In this document: positions 10,626 through 20,471 of the stretch, one piece after another
Numbering within the stretch: the first letter of the stretch is position 1
Layout: each line of letters begins with the position of its first letter
DNA from: Candidatus Bathyarchaeota archaeon
GTDB lineage: Archaea; Thermoproteota; Bathyarchaeia; Bathyarchaeales; Bathycorpusculaceae
Reading direction: 5' to 3'
Length of the DNA: 64,000 nt
NCBI GenBank assembly: GCA_963815095.1
Contig: CAWFFH010000008.1
Span: forward strand, 32,001-96,000
Made by a program: the position numbers and the translations under genes
The notes under the pieces: generated by a model
Databases searched by the model: none
What the model was told of the DNA's origin: nothing
The model's input: only the letters and a program-made list of their open reading frames with translations

Positions 10626-10874
10626 ATGACGATGATGGAACCAAGTAAAAAACCGTTGAACGTTCTCATTAAACAGTTGCATGGCAACATTGAAGTTGTT
10701 CTGAAAAACGGCTATGAATACAAGGGAAAAATGATAAAGTGCGATGGCCACATGAACATTCTCTTGGAAGGCGCCACAGAATTCAAAGAAGACCAATTAA
10801 TGACTAACTATGGAAACGTGTTGCTTCGCGGAAACAACATTCTCTACATAGTTATGGACGCCAGCAAGCACTAA
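10626..10874 (+). CDS. Sm/Lsm-like protein (SmAP)
   Basis: Sm1 motif (VVLKNGYEYKGKMIKCDGHMNILL) and Sm2 motif (GNVLLRGNNILYI). Confidence 0.92.
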   Translation: MTMMEPSKKPLNVLIKQLHGNIEVVLKNGYEYKGKMIKCDGHMNILLEGATEFKEDQLMTNYGNVLLRGNNILYIVMDASKH

Positions 10875-11770
10875 AAAACTAAACTTCTGGCCTTTCCAGT
10901 TACGTATTTGCAGGCTTCTTCTGCAGTTAATTCTATGTTAAATTTGCGGCTGAAATAAGTCAGCAAATTTTTAATGTCTCTTTCCAGCAGTTCTGGCGCA
11001 TTAGCATGATCTGTCTTTACAGCTTGAGGCCAATCAATTATGAGAATGTGGCCGTCAGGTTGTAGGATGATGTTGTATTCACTTATGTCTGCGTGGATGA
11101 GGTGGGCTTTGAGGTATGCTTTTCTGAGGTTGCGCAGGATTTCTTTTAGGACTTTTTCGGGTTTGCCTATGTCTTTGTATTTTGAAAGTTGGGCGCCTTC
11201 GATCATTCCCATAGCTACGACGTGGCGGTTTTGGCTTATGGGTTCGGGTACGGCTACGCCGTTTTCATATGCAAGTTTCATGGCGTTGAATTCTTTTTCT
11301 GCTGCTATGTGTGATTGGAAGAGCCATGTTGAGTGTTCTCTTGTGTAGCCTCTTGTACGTCTTGTTTGCCTAAAACTTATCCTTCCTAGTCTGTGAAATT
11401 TTACGGCTACGCGTTTGCCAGTTGAGTTTAATGCATCGAAAACGTCGGCTTCTTTTCCAACACCTAAACTTTGTCCAAAGGATTCGATTACTCCTGCTTT
11501 GACCAGAGCGTTTATGGCTAGGCAATCGTATCCTGCGTAGTTTAGGGTGTGTCCATTGTAGGTTTCTTTTGTTCGATACGTTAAGCCTAACTTGTTTATT
11601 TTGCCTAGCGTGAAGTCGATGCGGTCCATGGGCAGTTTGGCGTATCTTTGGATTTGATCTTTTGGGACGAATTCGTGTTTGCTCATGCCTGCTTCGATGA
11701 TGTTTAGTATTCGGAAATCTTCGGCTTCTAATTCTTTGAATACTTTGACGGCTACTTCTGCGCTTGACAT
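10871..11770 (-). CDS. rio2: RIO2-type serine/threonine kinase
   Basis: N-terminal wHTH, then GVGKEADVF, VKFHRLGRISF, HADISEYNI, IIDWPQ. Confidence 0.93.
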   Translation of the reverse strand: MSSAEVAVKVFKELEAEDFRILNIIEAGMSKHEFVPKDQIQRYAKLPMDRIDFTLGKINKLGLTYRTKETYNGHTLNYAGYDCLAINALVKAGVIESFGQSLGVGKEADVFDALNSTGKRVAVKFHRLGRISFRQTRRTRGYTREHSTWLFQSHIAAEKEFNAMKLAYENGVAVPEPISQNRHVVAMGMIEGAQLSKYKDIGKPEKVLKEILRNLRKAYLKAHLIHADISEYNIILQPDGHILIIDWPQAVKTDHANAPELLERDIKNLLTYFSRKFNIELTAEEACKYVTGKARSLVF

Positions 11771-11927
11771 ATAGAGTTTAATGGTTGGTTTAATCTATTA
11801 AAACTAGTTTTTAAGTTGTCAGCGTTTTTTAAGTGGAGCTTATATGGGAGATTAGAGTTTTATTGGGTTATAGCCAAAATTGACGGTAAAAAAATGTAAT
11901 TAATTATTTAATGCATGATGTTGAAAT

Positions 11928-12662
11928 ATGGCAGTAGATCAAGCAAACGTTTCAAAAATACTTTCGGTTCTTTCGCATCCATTGCGAAGGGAAATATTAC
12001 TAGACCTAAGCCATAATGGCGAATCCTCTTTCACGGATTTGCTAAATTTGCTGAAGGTTGATACTGGAAAGCTTAGTTTTCACCTTCGTTCGCTTTCACC
12101 TTTCATTGAGCAAACGGCCAATGGCAAGTACAAGCTTAGCCGTGCTGGGGAGAGTGCTGTCCGCGTTATTCATGATGTCGAGGGTTGGGCTGAGGTTGCT
12201 GATGTGCAGGGAAAGGCAAGTCAGCTTCCCCTTGCATCTTTTAAAAATAGGGCTTTTGCTTTCCTTATTGATTTTGCTTTGATTTTGGCAATTACAACAG
12301 CAATAACTTATCTTCCTCAATTGTTTTCATTTTTATCAGGTATCGCTTTTGCAGAGAGCATTAGTCAGGTTCTTTTCATCACTGTTGGTCTTCTTTGGCT
12401 TTACTCCACTTTACTTGAGGGATTTAATGGTCAAAGCATCGGCAAACGCGTATTGGGTCTTAAAGTCGTTCGAACTGATGGAAAGAAAATGTCCTACGAC
12501 CATGCAGCGGTGAGAAACTTTGGCAAAGTTTTACCTTTACTACCCTTTGACCTACTGATCGGGTGGCGAATTAGAAATGACGTTTTCATGCGCTACTTTG
12601 ATAAGTTCGCAGGAACAACAGTTATTGATTTGCGTTTCCATCCTCTTAAAAAAACGGGTTAA
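11928..12662 (+). CDS. ArsR-type HTH fused to an RDD-family membrane domain
   Basis: N-terminal LSHPLRREIL...GKLSFHL; C-terminal RAFAFLID, GQSIGKRVLGLKVV, DKFAGTTVI. Confidence 0.8.
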   Translation: MAVDQANVSKILSVLSHPLRREILLDLSHNGESSFTDLLNLLKVDTGKLSFHLRSLSPFIEQTANGKYKLSRAGESAVRVIHDVEGWAEVADVQGKASQLPLASFKNRAFAFLIDFALILAITTAITYLPQLFSFLSGIAFAESISQVLFITVGLLWLYSTLLEGFNGQSIGKRVLGLKVVRTDGKKMSYDHAAVRNFGKVLPLLPFDLLIGWRIRNDVFMRYFDKFAGTTVIDLRFHPLKKTG

Positions 12663-12715
12663 TTTGGTGAAATCTTATTTGACTCCTTTACATAGGATGT
12701 AGCGGAGAGGTCAAT

Positions 12716-13180
12716 ATGAGTGATAAGGAGCTTAGAGTTTCCAAAATCAAAGATGGTACGGTCATCGATCACATCTGCGGTGGTTACGCTTTAGATGTTG
12801 TTAAAATTTTAGGGATAACTGGAAAGGAAAAAAGAGTTATGACTATCGCCATCAATGTTCCCAGTAAACGTTTTGGGGTTAAGGACATAGTTAAGATTGA
12901 AGGAAAAGCCCTCAATTCACAGGAAGTTAACCGGATTGCTCTTGTTGCTCCTCACGCGTCAATAAATATTGTTCGCAATTATGCAGTGGTTGAAAAACTT
13001 GAAGTCAAGCTGCCTAAAGCGATCGAAGGCATAGTAAAATGTGCAAATCCATGTTGCATAACCAACGCCAACGAACCCGTAGTCTCCAAATTCTACATAA
13101 AAAGTGAAGACCCCTTGTTATTGAAGTGCCACTACTGTGGAGTCCCACTTGAACAGGCAGATGTTCTGGGACAACTCTAA
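12716..13180 (+). CDS. pyrI: Aspartate carbamoyltransferase regulatory chain
   Basis: Motifs IKDGTVIDHI, KDIVKIE, and zinc ligands CANPCCIT / CHYC. Confidence 0.95.
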   Translation: MSDKELRVSKIKDGTVIDHICGGYALDVVKILGITGKEKRVMTIAINVPSKRFGVKDIVKIEGKALNSQEVNRIALVAPHASINIVRNYAVVEKLEVKLPKAIEGIVKCANPCCITNANEPVVSKFYIKSEDPLLLKCHYCGVPLEQADVLGQL

Positions 13181-13602
13181 GGCAACCTTTCCTGAGCAAG
13201 CAAGAACAGAGCCTCAAATTCCTTTTTGGTCATCTTTTTTCCTTTGCTAATTCCTGGGCACTCAAGAGTAAAATCAAAGACATGCAGATCTTTTTCTGGG
13301 TCAAATTTTAGTTCAAACGGGTAAAACCTGCAGATTAAGGGTCTTAATGTGTAGATCGTGCATTGGTTGTCTTTGAGGAAATGACATTTGCCTTCGCTGT
13401 TCTTTTTTATTTCATAGCAATACGGGGTTTTGTCGACGATTGATGTGGTAAAGACTTGTTTTGGCAAATGGGTTTCTGTTGATATGGCATTTGTTTCTGT
13501 TTCTAAGAGAAGTACATGTCTTGTTTTCTGTGTGGTGTCTCCGCAGCATACTCCGCATTTGGTACATTCGAAAAATAGGTTGTTTGGGCAGGTGAATTCC
13601 AC
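13177..13602 (-). CDS. YkgJ-family cysteine-cluster (Zn/Fe-chelating) protein
   Basis: Motifs CTKCGVCC and CHFL...CTIYTLRPLICRFYPF, plus CPG. Confidence 0.88.
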   Translation of the reverse strand: MEFTCPNNLFFECTKCGVCCGDTTQKTRHVLLLETETNAISTETHLPKQVFTTSIVDKTPYCYEIKKNSEGKCHFLKDNQCTIYTLRPLICRFYPFELKFDPEKDLHVFDFTLECPGISKGKKMTKKEFEALFLLAQERLP

Positions 13603-13649
13603 TTTGATTCAACACGTATTATTTCTGTAGGTTGCCATAAAAATGTTGG

Positions 13650-13982
13650 TTACAGGTTTTTGTTTTGTTCTGTTGGTTTGGTGCGGTGTCCTTCGCCATA
13701 TTGAAAGGGTCTGCCCAGGTTTTTTTCCAATTTCTTTTGGAAGACTTCATCCATGTTCATGTTTGGGCATGCTAAGCGACTTGCATCCAAAATGTAAAAG
13801 ATAGTGTCGATGAGTTCTTCTGCGATTTTTTCTTCCGGGTATCCTTTTTTCCATGCGTCGCTGGCTTCGCCAAGTTCAATGAATGCAAAGAGGAGTTTTT
13901 TTGGGATGTCTTCGGGTTTATTGTAGAAGCCTTTCGCTATTACTAGGGCTTCGATTTGTTTTTTCATCTCTTCGAGCTGCAT
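13650..13982 (-). CDS. MazG-like NTP pyrophosphohydrolase
   Basis: ELGEASDAWKK...IAEELID acidic helix motif. Start placed at MQLEEMKK; the upstream ORF extension looks spurious. Confidence 0.8.
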   Translation of the reverse strand: MQLEEMKKQIEALVIAKGFYNKPEDIPKKLLFAFIELGEASDAWKKGYPEEKIAEELIDTIFYILDASRLACPNMNMDEVFQKKLEKNLGRPFQYGEGHRTKPTEQNKNL

Positions 13983-14203
13983 CGTTTGTGCTCCTTGGTG
14001 TGTCTTTTGTGTTAGACTTCCCTTTAAATGTACTTTGAAGTGGTAAGTTAATGAGTTATTTTTTGTTCTTTTTGTGTTGGGTGTGGTGGCTAAAATTGCT
14101 ACATTACACGTTGTTTTTGTTGATATATTTCGTTTTTTGCAATATCGCTTATATGCGTTTTTTGTTGATTCTGATGTATAAAGTATTGAGTGGGGAGAAA
14201 GGA

Positions 14204-14455
14204 ATGACTTCAAAACTATCGTCCAAAAAAGGCAAACAAGCAACCTGTCTTGCGGGATACTTTGCACTGTTGGCATTAAGTATCAGCGGTTTAGTTCTTC
14301 AAGGCGGAATCTGGGTCCTCGTAGGCGTAGTTTGCCTCTTTGGGGCAGTAGCCGCTTGTTTTCTTCTGCGTTCAATAGATAGACATGCAAAAAACTTAAA
14401 ATATGTCGCATTAACAAGAGATGGCTATAAGGCTAAGAATTTTGGGGAGAGTTAA
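14204..14455 (+). CDS. Small two-TM membrane protein
   Basis: MTSKLSSKK followed by two hydrophobic segments. Purine-rich sequence precedes the ATG at 14204. Confidence 0.45.
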   Translation: MTSKLSSKKGKQATCLAGYFALLALSISGLVLQGGIWVLVGVVCLFGAVAACFLLRSIDRHAKNLKYVALTRDGYKAKNFGES

Positions 14456-14596
14456 TTTTTGCTTCATGTCCACTTCTGTCAGGAAGGGACCTTGCAGTGT
14501 TAACTTTGCTTGCAGATATATTTTATATTATTAAGCGTTTGTAATTTCGCTTAAAATTCAGATTGGCTTTTATCATTAACAAAGGTGTTTTTGTAA

Positions 14597-15313
14597 ATGA
14601 GAAGCGGAGAAAAATGGGGTAATCCTTCTACGCAGGTTATTATTGCCGCGTTGAATGAGGAAGAAGGAATTGGTCTAACCATCGCTGAGATGATTGATGC
14701 CCTAGGTGACCCGCAAGTGCTAGTGGTTGATGGCAAAAGCACCGATAGAACCGTGGAGGTGGCTAAGAATTTGGGTGCCCAACTCTTTGTCCAAGATGGA
14801 TTAGGCAAAGGTGACGCAATAGCCAAAGCAGTAGCAAACATAGATCCAACAGTTGATTATATTGTGTTAACCGACGCAGATTACACATATCCAGCAGTGT
14901 ATGTTCCTGAGATGATCAGGATTTTGGAGAAGTATCCTAAGGTAGGTATGGTCTGCGGTAACCGTTTTAATGGTTACGAAGAAAAAACGGCATTAAGCAG
15001 CATTTTTTATGTCGGTAATCGGTTTATAGCTTTTACCCACAACTTGTTGAATGGTGTCTCATTAACTGATCCATTGACTGGGCTACGTGTAGTGCGCGCG
15101 GGGATTCTTAGAAATTGGACGGTTCAGTCTAAGGGTTTTGATGTTGAAGTTGAGCTTAATCATTATGTAGAATGTGCTGGTTTTGGGATAGTGGAGGTTC
15201 CCATTAATTATCGAGAAAGACTGGGTCAGAAAAAATTAGGCATTAAAAATGGTGGCGAAATTTTTAAACGTATACTGCTAGAATTTGTTAATGAAAATAC
15301 TAAAATTGCATGA
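14597..15313 (+). CDS. GT2 glycosyltransferase, DPM1-like (polyprenol-phosphate glycosyltransferase)
   Basis: Motifs IIAALNEEEGI, VVDGKSTDRT, GKGDA, DADYTY, TDPLTG, GFDVEVE, EVPINYRER. Confidence 0.88.
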   Translation: MRSGEKWGNPSTQVIIAALNEEEGIGLTIAEMIDALGDPQVLVVDGKSTDRTVEVAKNLGAQLFVQDGLGKGDAIAKAVANIDPTVDYIVLTDADYTYPAVYVPEMIRILEKYPKVGMVCGNRFNGYEEKTALSSIFYVGNRFIAFTHNLLNGVSLTDPLTGLRVVRAGILRNWTVQSKGFDVEVELNHYVECAGFGIVEVPINYRERLGQKKLGIKNGGEIFKRILLEFVNENTKIA

Positions 15314-15535
15314 GGCAATGTTTTCTCTTCTCTTAATTTTGGTTTTCTTATTCTACATCGGTGACTTCAAAGTATAACAACCAGTATGTTAGTTTAATTC
15401 TGAACATGACCAATAGATTATCTATTTTTGAAACTCCTTCGAAGAGAAATCACTAGAAATCATGTAATCAGTCCTAACCAAACCCAACAAAAAATATTTT
15501 CAGTGACCCTTATTTTTAGCGTTCAAGGTATCGGT

Positions 15536-16393
15536 TTAACGGGTTCTTGTTGCAAGGACAATGTATTGCGATCCGGTTGAGCGGAAAAATAGGTAGCCGC
15601 TGTCAGCGTATTCTTGCAGCTTCTGATTAATTCTTATTCCCACCCTGTCAGAGAACAACCGATAGCCAAAAAAAGTGAATGGTCCAAATCCTACACTTGC
15701 GCTTTTCACGACATTTAAACCTGCCTCGCAAAGATTATTGTTGAATGCTTTTGGAGTATATTGACTATAAGGTGGCGCATTGGTCCAGGGATTCCATGAA
15801 CTAAGTAACCCTGCTCTTTCAAGTTTACTCTTTATTAGCCATCGGACCTGTGCTATTGGTGGAAAAGTTTTGGGATCAAGTAATGTTGTGGCTCGTAATG
15901 CATTATCCATTGTCAGGACAATAAAACCGCCGGGTTTTGTGACTCTTATGATTTCAGTCAATGCCTTTTTGAAATCATGAAGCCAAGGGATTACTCCTAA
16001 AGCAATGATTAAGTCAAACGTTTGGTCCTTATAGGATAGCTCATGAATATCGCCTGTGCAAGCCCTGATCTTATCTAATAACCCCGTTTGTCTTGCATGT
16101 TCATTTGTTAGATCAACCATTGCTTGTGCATGGTCAATTCCTTCAATAAAAAATCCGCGCTTTGCAAGAGCGGCAGTCATGAACCCTGCTCCGCAACCGA
16201 TTTCAAGAACATGAGCAGTTCTTGGGAGCGATAATCCATCAATATAACTGAGGGCGACGGCCTGCCGCCTTTGATAAATTATTCCAGCAATGTCCTTCTT
16301 TTTGTACGTATCTCTCCAATATGTTGCCTGAGTATCGAAGAGTTCATCAACCAGCTTCTGCTGACGATCGTTTTGTGCTTTGGGTGAAGCCAA
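15536..16393 (-). CDS. Class I SAM-dependent methyltransferase
   Basis: Motifs VLEIGCGAG, GIDHAQAM, FDLIIALGV, RVTKPGG. Divergent from comA. Confidence 0.88.
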   Translation of the reverse strand: MASPKAQNDRQQKLVDELFDTQATYWRDTYKKKDIAGIIYQRRQAVALSYIDGLSLPRTAHVLEIGCGAGFMTAALAKRGFFIEGIDHAQAMVDLTNEHARQTGLLDKIRACTGDIHELSYKDQTFDLIIALGVIPWLHDFKKALTEIIRVTKPGGFIVLTMDNALRATTLLDPKTFPPIAQVRWLIKSKLERAGLLSSWNPWTNAPPYSQYTPKAFNNNLCEAGLNVVKSASVGFGPFTFFGYRLFSDRVGIRINQKLQEYADSGYLFFRSTGSQYIVLATRTR

Positions 16394-16537
16394 TTAGCAA
16401 ACATCCCCTACTTCCCAACTATCGATAATCATCATGGCTTTAAACTATTCTTTGTTACTTCTTGACTCTATCCTTTTGTTCCTGAATCTATAGATAATTT
16501 TTTTGTAAATGCGTGTTTCCATCTATGGTGATAAAAC

Positions 16538-17371
16538 TTGATTGATTCTTTTCCTTCTTTAAATTTGCCACGAAAAGGGCAACTACATACCGATGCTTAT
16601 CTAAAATCGATCGGTGTTCCCGAAATAACTTCAGCGACCAGCCCGTTCGACCCTGGATATGATGCCTTAACGTTGGCGGGTCATCTTGAACAAAGTCACC
16701 ATCTTATATCGATTCTGAAGGTTTCAATGGCGTGTTGGATGATTGCAAACGAAGATGTTACTCGTCAGAAAATTGCAGTTGCTAAGAAATACCGCGTGCC
16801 CACAACTACGGGCGGCGGACCTTTTGAGGTAGCGTATGTGCAAGGTAAGCTACAGCAATACCTTGATCTTGTGGCCGATTTTGGATTTACGCGGATAGAA
16901 TGCGGGGAGGGGTTCACAGATATTTCCTTAGACGCTCGAGAGATTGTGAAAATGGCAAACGACCGTGGCTTAGAGGTTCAGTTTGAACTTGGGAAAAAAC
17001 ATACGGGCGCTTTTACTAAAAATGTAGTTGAAGCTTTGATTAGCCAAGGTGAGCGGTGGCTTGAGGCTGGAGCCGTTCAGTTGGTTGTAGAGGCGCGGGA
17101 GAGTGCGAAGGGCGTTGGGTTGTTTGATGATGAAGGGAATCTTAATGTTGGTTTCGCTGATCGTTTCGCAAATGCGTTTGGCCACAGTGTGGTCATGTTT
17201 GAAGCACCTAACAAGCCAAGTCAATTTGCTCTGTTAGATCACTTCGGTCGCCACGTTCATCTATGCAATGTTCGCCTTGAAGAGTTGTTGCGGGTGGAAA
17301 TTTATAGGCGAGGCCTTCACTCAGATGCTTTTAACAAAGAGAATTTGCGTCCCCATCTTCCGGTGGAATGA
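16538..17371 (+). CDS. comA: Phosphosulfolactate synthase-like protein (ComA family, divergent)
   Basis: Motifs FELGKK, AGAVQLVVEARES, FEAPNKPSQ, VHLCNV, EIYRRGL match the ComA TIM barrel. Confidence 0.85.
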   Translation: MIDSFPSLNLPRKGQLHTDAYLKSIGVPEITSATSPFDPGYDALTLAGHLEQSHHLISILKVSMACWMIANEDVTRQKIAVAKKYRVPTTTGGGPFEVAYVQGKLQQYLDLVADFGFTRIECGEGFTDISLDAREIVKMANDRGLEVQFELGKKHTGAFTKNVVEALISQGERWLEAGAVQLVVEARESAKGVGLFDDEGNLNVGFADRFANAFGHSVVMFEAPNKPSQFALLDHFGRHVHLCNVRLEELLRVEIYRRGLHSDAFNKENLRPHLPVE

Positions 17372-17396
17372 AGCGGTATTAAGGAGAAGAGAGGTT

Positions 17397-18110
17397 ATGA
17401 GCAGAAAATCAGTTGCTATAGATTGTCTAAGCGAGAGTCTATGTCATTATGATGAAAGATGTGCGGTCATAGTTATCGATGTTATTCGTTCAATAACTGT
17501 AGCATCCACGATAGTTGAATCTGGAAGAAGATGTTTTTTTGCTCCTTCGATTGAGGCGGCATTTCTTTTTGCAAAACAGTTTGACAATCCGTTGCTGATT
17601 GGTGAAATGGGCGGGAGCATGCCCTATGGTTTTGACATTAATAATAGTCCGGTGGAAATTGAAAGCCGCAAAGATATTTTGCGACCTGCAATTCTGGTTT
17701 CTTCATCGGGGATACCGCTGCTTTATTCGTTGAGAGATTGCAATTCAGTTTACGTTGCTTGTCTTCGGAATTATAGTGCAACCATCAAGCATCTCGCTGG
17801 ACTTTACAATCGAGTAATAGTTCTTGGTGCCCCAACCCGGGGAGAGTTTCGTGAAGAAGATAAACTGTGTTGCGCACGGATTGCAGCTGGCCTCATCAAA
17901 GCTGGATATGCTTCTGAAGATGAAAAAACCACGGAGATTGTAAATCGTTGGGCAGAAAAGCCAGTTACGGTTTGTGGTGAAGGGAAAAGTGCTGAGTATC
18001 TCCGAAGATCTGGTCAAGCAAAAGACCTTGATTTTATTCTCAGCCACGTGAACGACCTTAACTCGCCACTTAAGATTAAGAACAATGAGATTGTTAAAAC
18101 ACCGGTTTAG
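17397..18110 (+). CDS. comB: 2-phosphosulfolactate phosphatase-like protein (ComB family)
   Basis: Motifs VIVIDVIRS, GEMGG..PYGFDINNSPVE, CLRN, EEDKLCCA. GAGGT precedes the ATG at 17397. Confidence 0.85.
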   Translation: MSRKSVAIDCLSESLCHYDERCAVIVIDVIRSITVASTIVESGRRCFFAPSIEAAFLFAKQFDNPLLIGEMGGSMPYGFDINNSPVEIESRKDILRPAILVSSSGIPLLYSLRDCNSVYVACLRNYSATIKHLAGLYNRVIVLGAPTRGEFREEDKLCCARIAAGLIKAGYASEDEKTTEIVNRWAEKPVTVCGEGKSAEYLRRSGQAKDLDFILSHVNDLNSPLKIKNNEIVKTPV

Positions 18111-18117
18111 TCGCGGA

Positions 18118-19365
18118 GTGGAAAAGACGGTTAAACGTGAAAAGGTTACTGCAGAAGATACGAGCGTTCCAGTTGTCGTATTGTACACTTACCACTATGG
18201 TCAATTAGGCGTCTTGCGTAGTTTTGGAAGGCTCGGCATTGTAGTTCATGGTGTTGATCCAAATCCGCGGTCTCCCGGTCTGTTTTCCAGATATTGTCAG
18301 AAAAAATTCTTGTTTGATATAGACGCTGCACCCTCCCGCGCTTCTGTTCAATACTTATTAGATGTTGCCAAGAAAATTGGAAAACGTTCACTTCTGATTC
18401 ACACAACCGATAGTGGTGCAGGGTGGCTTGCAGACAACGCTGAAGCTTTGAGTGAAGGATACATTTTTCCGAAGCTATCTTCTCAGCTTGTTTTAGCTCT
18501 TGCCAACAAAAAAGAGATGTATTTTCTTGCCAAAAAGTATGGTGTTCCAACTCCCGAGGCGTGCTTTCCACTTTCGCTAAGCGATGTTGAAGAATACGTG
18601 AAGGATGCAGTTTTTCCGGTAGTTTTAAAGGAGCTTTATCGTGGAGGGTCACCCCGAGTTGGAAAAAGAATGTTCGTGGCAAAAACGAAAGCTGAACTTC
18701 TCAAGTTTTATAGCCAATGCGAAGATTCTTCGAACCCAAATTTTATGTTACAAGAGTATATTCCAGGTGGGGATGATTCGATTTGGATGTTTAACGGTTA
18801 TTTCGATGAAAAATCGGATTGCCTTTTTGGAATGACTGGACGAAAAATTCGTCAATCTCCCATTCATACTGGTGTGACCTCGCTTGGTGTTTGTTTGAAA
18901 AACCCATTAGTTGATGAAATGACGAGGCGCTTTATGAAAAGTATTGGTTACAAGGGGATTCTTGACATCGGATACAGGTACGATTTGAGAGATGGAAAGT
19001 ACAAGGTTCTCGATATTAATCCTCGTATAGGTTCAACTTTTCGGCTCTTTGTAGGCGCTAATGGGTTAGATGTTGCCCGCGCCCAATATTTAGATCTCAC
19101 TGGTCAATCAGTTCCTTCAAGTGAGCTTATTGAGGGGCGAAAATGGTTTGTTGAAGACAGAGATTCTGTTTCGAGTTTTCGGTATCACTATGAAAAAAGT
19201 CTAACCTTTAAACACTGGTTAGCATCATTTCGTGGCGTCCAAGAGAGTGCTTGGTTTGCTTGGGATGATCTTTTGCCGTTTTTCATGATGTGCGCCAAGT
19301 CTTCAAGAAAAGTGCTTTCTAAAGCAGACAATAATGCGTTAAATCCGTACAAACTTACTCCTTAA
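18118..19365 (+). CDS. ATP-grasp carboxylate-amine ligase (D-aspartate ligase-like)
   Basis: Motifs LGVLRSFGRLGI, SRY, NKKEMY, FPVVLK, QEYIPG, RKIRQ, YKVLDINPR. Starts 8 nt after the comB stop. Confidence 0.85.
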   Translation: MEKTVKREKVTAEDTSVPVVVLYTYHYGQLGVLRSFGRLGIVVHGVDPNPRSPGLFSRYCQKKFLFDIDAAPSRASVQYLLDVAKKIGKRSLLIHTTDSGAGWLADNAEALSEGYIFPKLSSQLVLALANKKEMYFLAKKYGVPTPEACFPLSLSDVEEYVKDAVFPVVLKELYRGGSPRVGKRMFVAKTKAELLKFYSQCEDSSNPNFMLQEYIPGGDDSIWMFNGYFDEKSDCLFGMTGRKIRQSPIHTGVTSLGVCLKNPLVDEMTRRFMKSIGYKGILDIGYRYDLRDGKYKVLDINPRIGSTFRLFVGANGLDVARAQYLDLTGQSVPSSELIEGRKWFVEDRDSVSSFRYHYEKSLTFKHWLASFRGVQESAWFAWDDLLPFFMMCAKSSRKVLSKADNNALNPYKLTP

Positions 19366-19511
19366 ACTCTAAGGAAAACTCGCGAATCCTTTCTAAATGC
19401 TATAATTTAAGTTCTCTGTTTTCCTAATCTCTTCTTCTTATCAATTAAAGAACAAAAGTTATAATCCTCAACTAAGAATAATCTTTAACTTCAATTTATC
19501 TGGTGATTAAA

Positions 19512-20132
19512 ATGGTATTTGCAAAAAAAGTTGTGTTGGCGGTGGGAGCCCATCCTGATGATATTGAATTAGGGTCTGGCGGGACAATCTATAAAGCGGT
19601 GCAAGCAGGGGCGCATGTTATTGCTTTGTATATGACAAGGGGCGGAAAAATCACTGACACTAATGTAAGAATGAGAGAAAGCACTGAGGCCATGAACGTT
19701 TTGGGCGTTAATGAAGTCTTTTTTGAGAATTTCCCTGACACGGAGATTCCAGATTCATTTGAAGCCATAAACTGTTTAGAACAATACGCCCTCAAATACC
19801 AACCCGATATCGTGCTAACACACTCAATTAACGATATACATCAAGATCACCGAAGAGTAGCTTGGCTTGCAATGTCTTCATTTAGGAACATACCGAAAGT
19901 TCTTGCTTTTGAAACCCCTAGAGTAAGACCTGCGGCTTTCTTGCCTACTTACTTTGTAAATATAACGGGCAGTGTTGACAAGAAATGGGAAGCCCTGCGA
20001 TGCCATGTTTCTCAAAACGAGAAAAGATATCTAGCATACGAATCCACAGTTAATCTTGCTTCTTTTAGAGGGAGCCAGGTTGGTATTGCTGCGGCAGAAG
20101 CCTTTGAAATTGTAAAATATGTAGAAGGCTAA
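19512..20132 (+). CDS. PIG-L/LmbE family N-deacetylase
   Basis: Zn-binding motifs AHPDD and HSINDIHQDH, plus HVSQ and AEAF. Confidence 0.9.
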   Translation: MVFAKKVVLAVGAHPDDIELGSGGTIYKAVQAGAHVIALYMTRGGKITDTNVRMRESTEAMNVLGVNEVFFENFPDTEIPDSFEAINCLEQYALKYQPDIVLTHSINDIHQDHRRVAWLAMSSFRNIPKVLAFETPRVRPAAFLPTYFVNITGSVDKKWEALRCHVSQNEKRYLAYESTVNLASFRGSQVGIAAAEAFEIVKYVEG

Positions 20133-20471
20133 ATAACATAGAAGACTATCGTAATGATGATTTTTTAATTCTCAATACAGAAGGTATTTCTTTCTTCTTG
20201 ACAATTTTCTATAGGTTTCATACTACCCTCTTGAGATGCCTTGCATAGAAAAAAAATGATGATTGGCGGAAAATTAATCTCTGAGTGTGGATCTCTTTAC
20301 GCATCTGCTCCTGTCAGGGAGGGATTTCAGAGAGATGAGCTCGGATTCCAGAGTTATATTTAGGGATTCGGGATCTTCAGTTTTTATATACATTGATCAT
20401 GATTTGATTAAGATGGCTAATTTGTTATTTGGTGTTGGTTTTCTTTAAATTAACTGATTGAGGTCTCATGT

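Noticed and set aside
14051-14276. Long N-terminal extensions of the MazG-like ORF and of ORF 14051
   Set aside because: Low-complexity overlapping frames across a divergent promoter region. The downstream ATGs give more sensible proteins.
16538-18110. Evidence for coenzyme M synthesis or methane/alkane metabolism
   Set aside because: No comC/D/E or mcr in the window, the motifs are divergent and the context is glycan biosynthesis. ComA/ComB also occur in organisms that do not make CoM.
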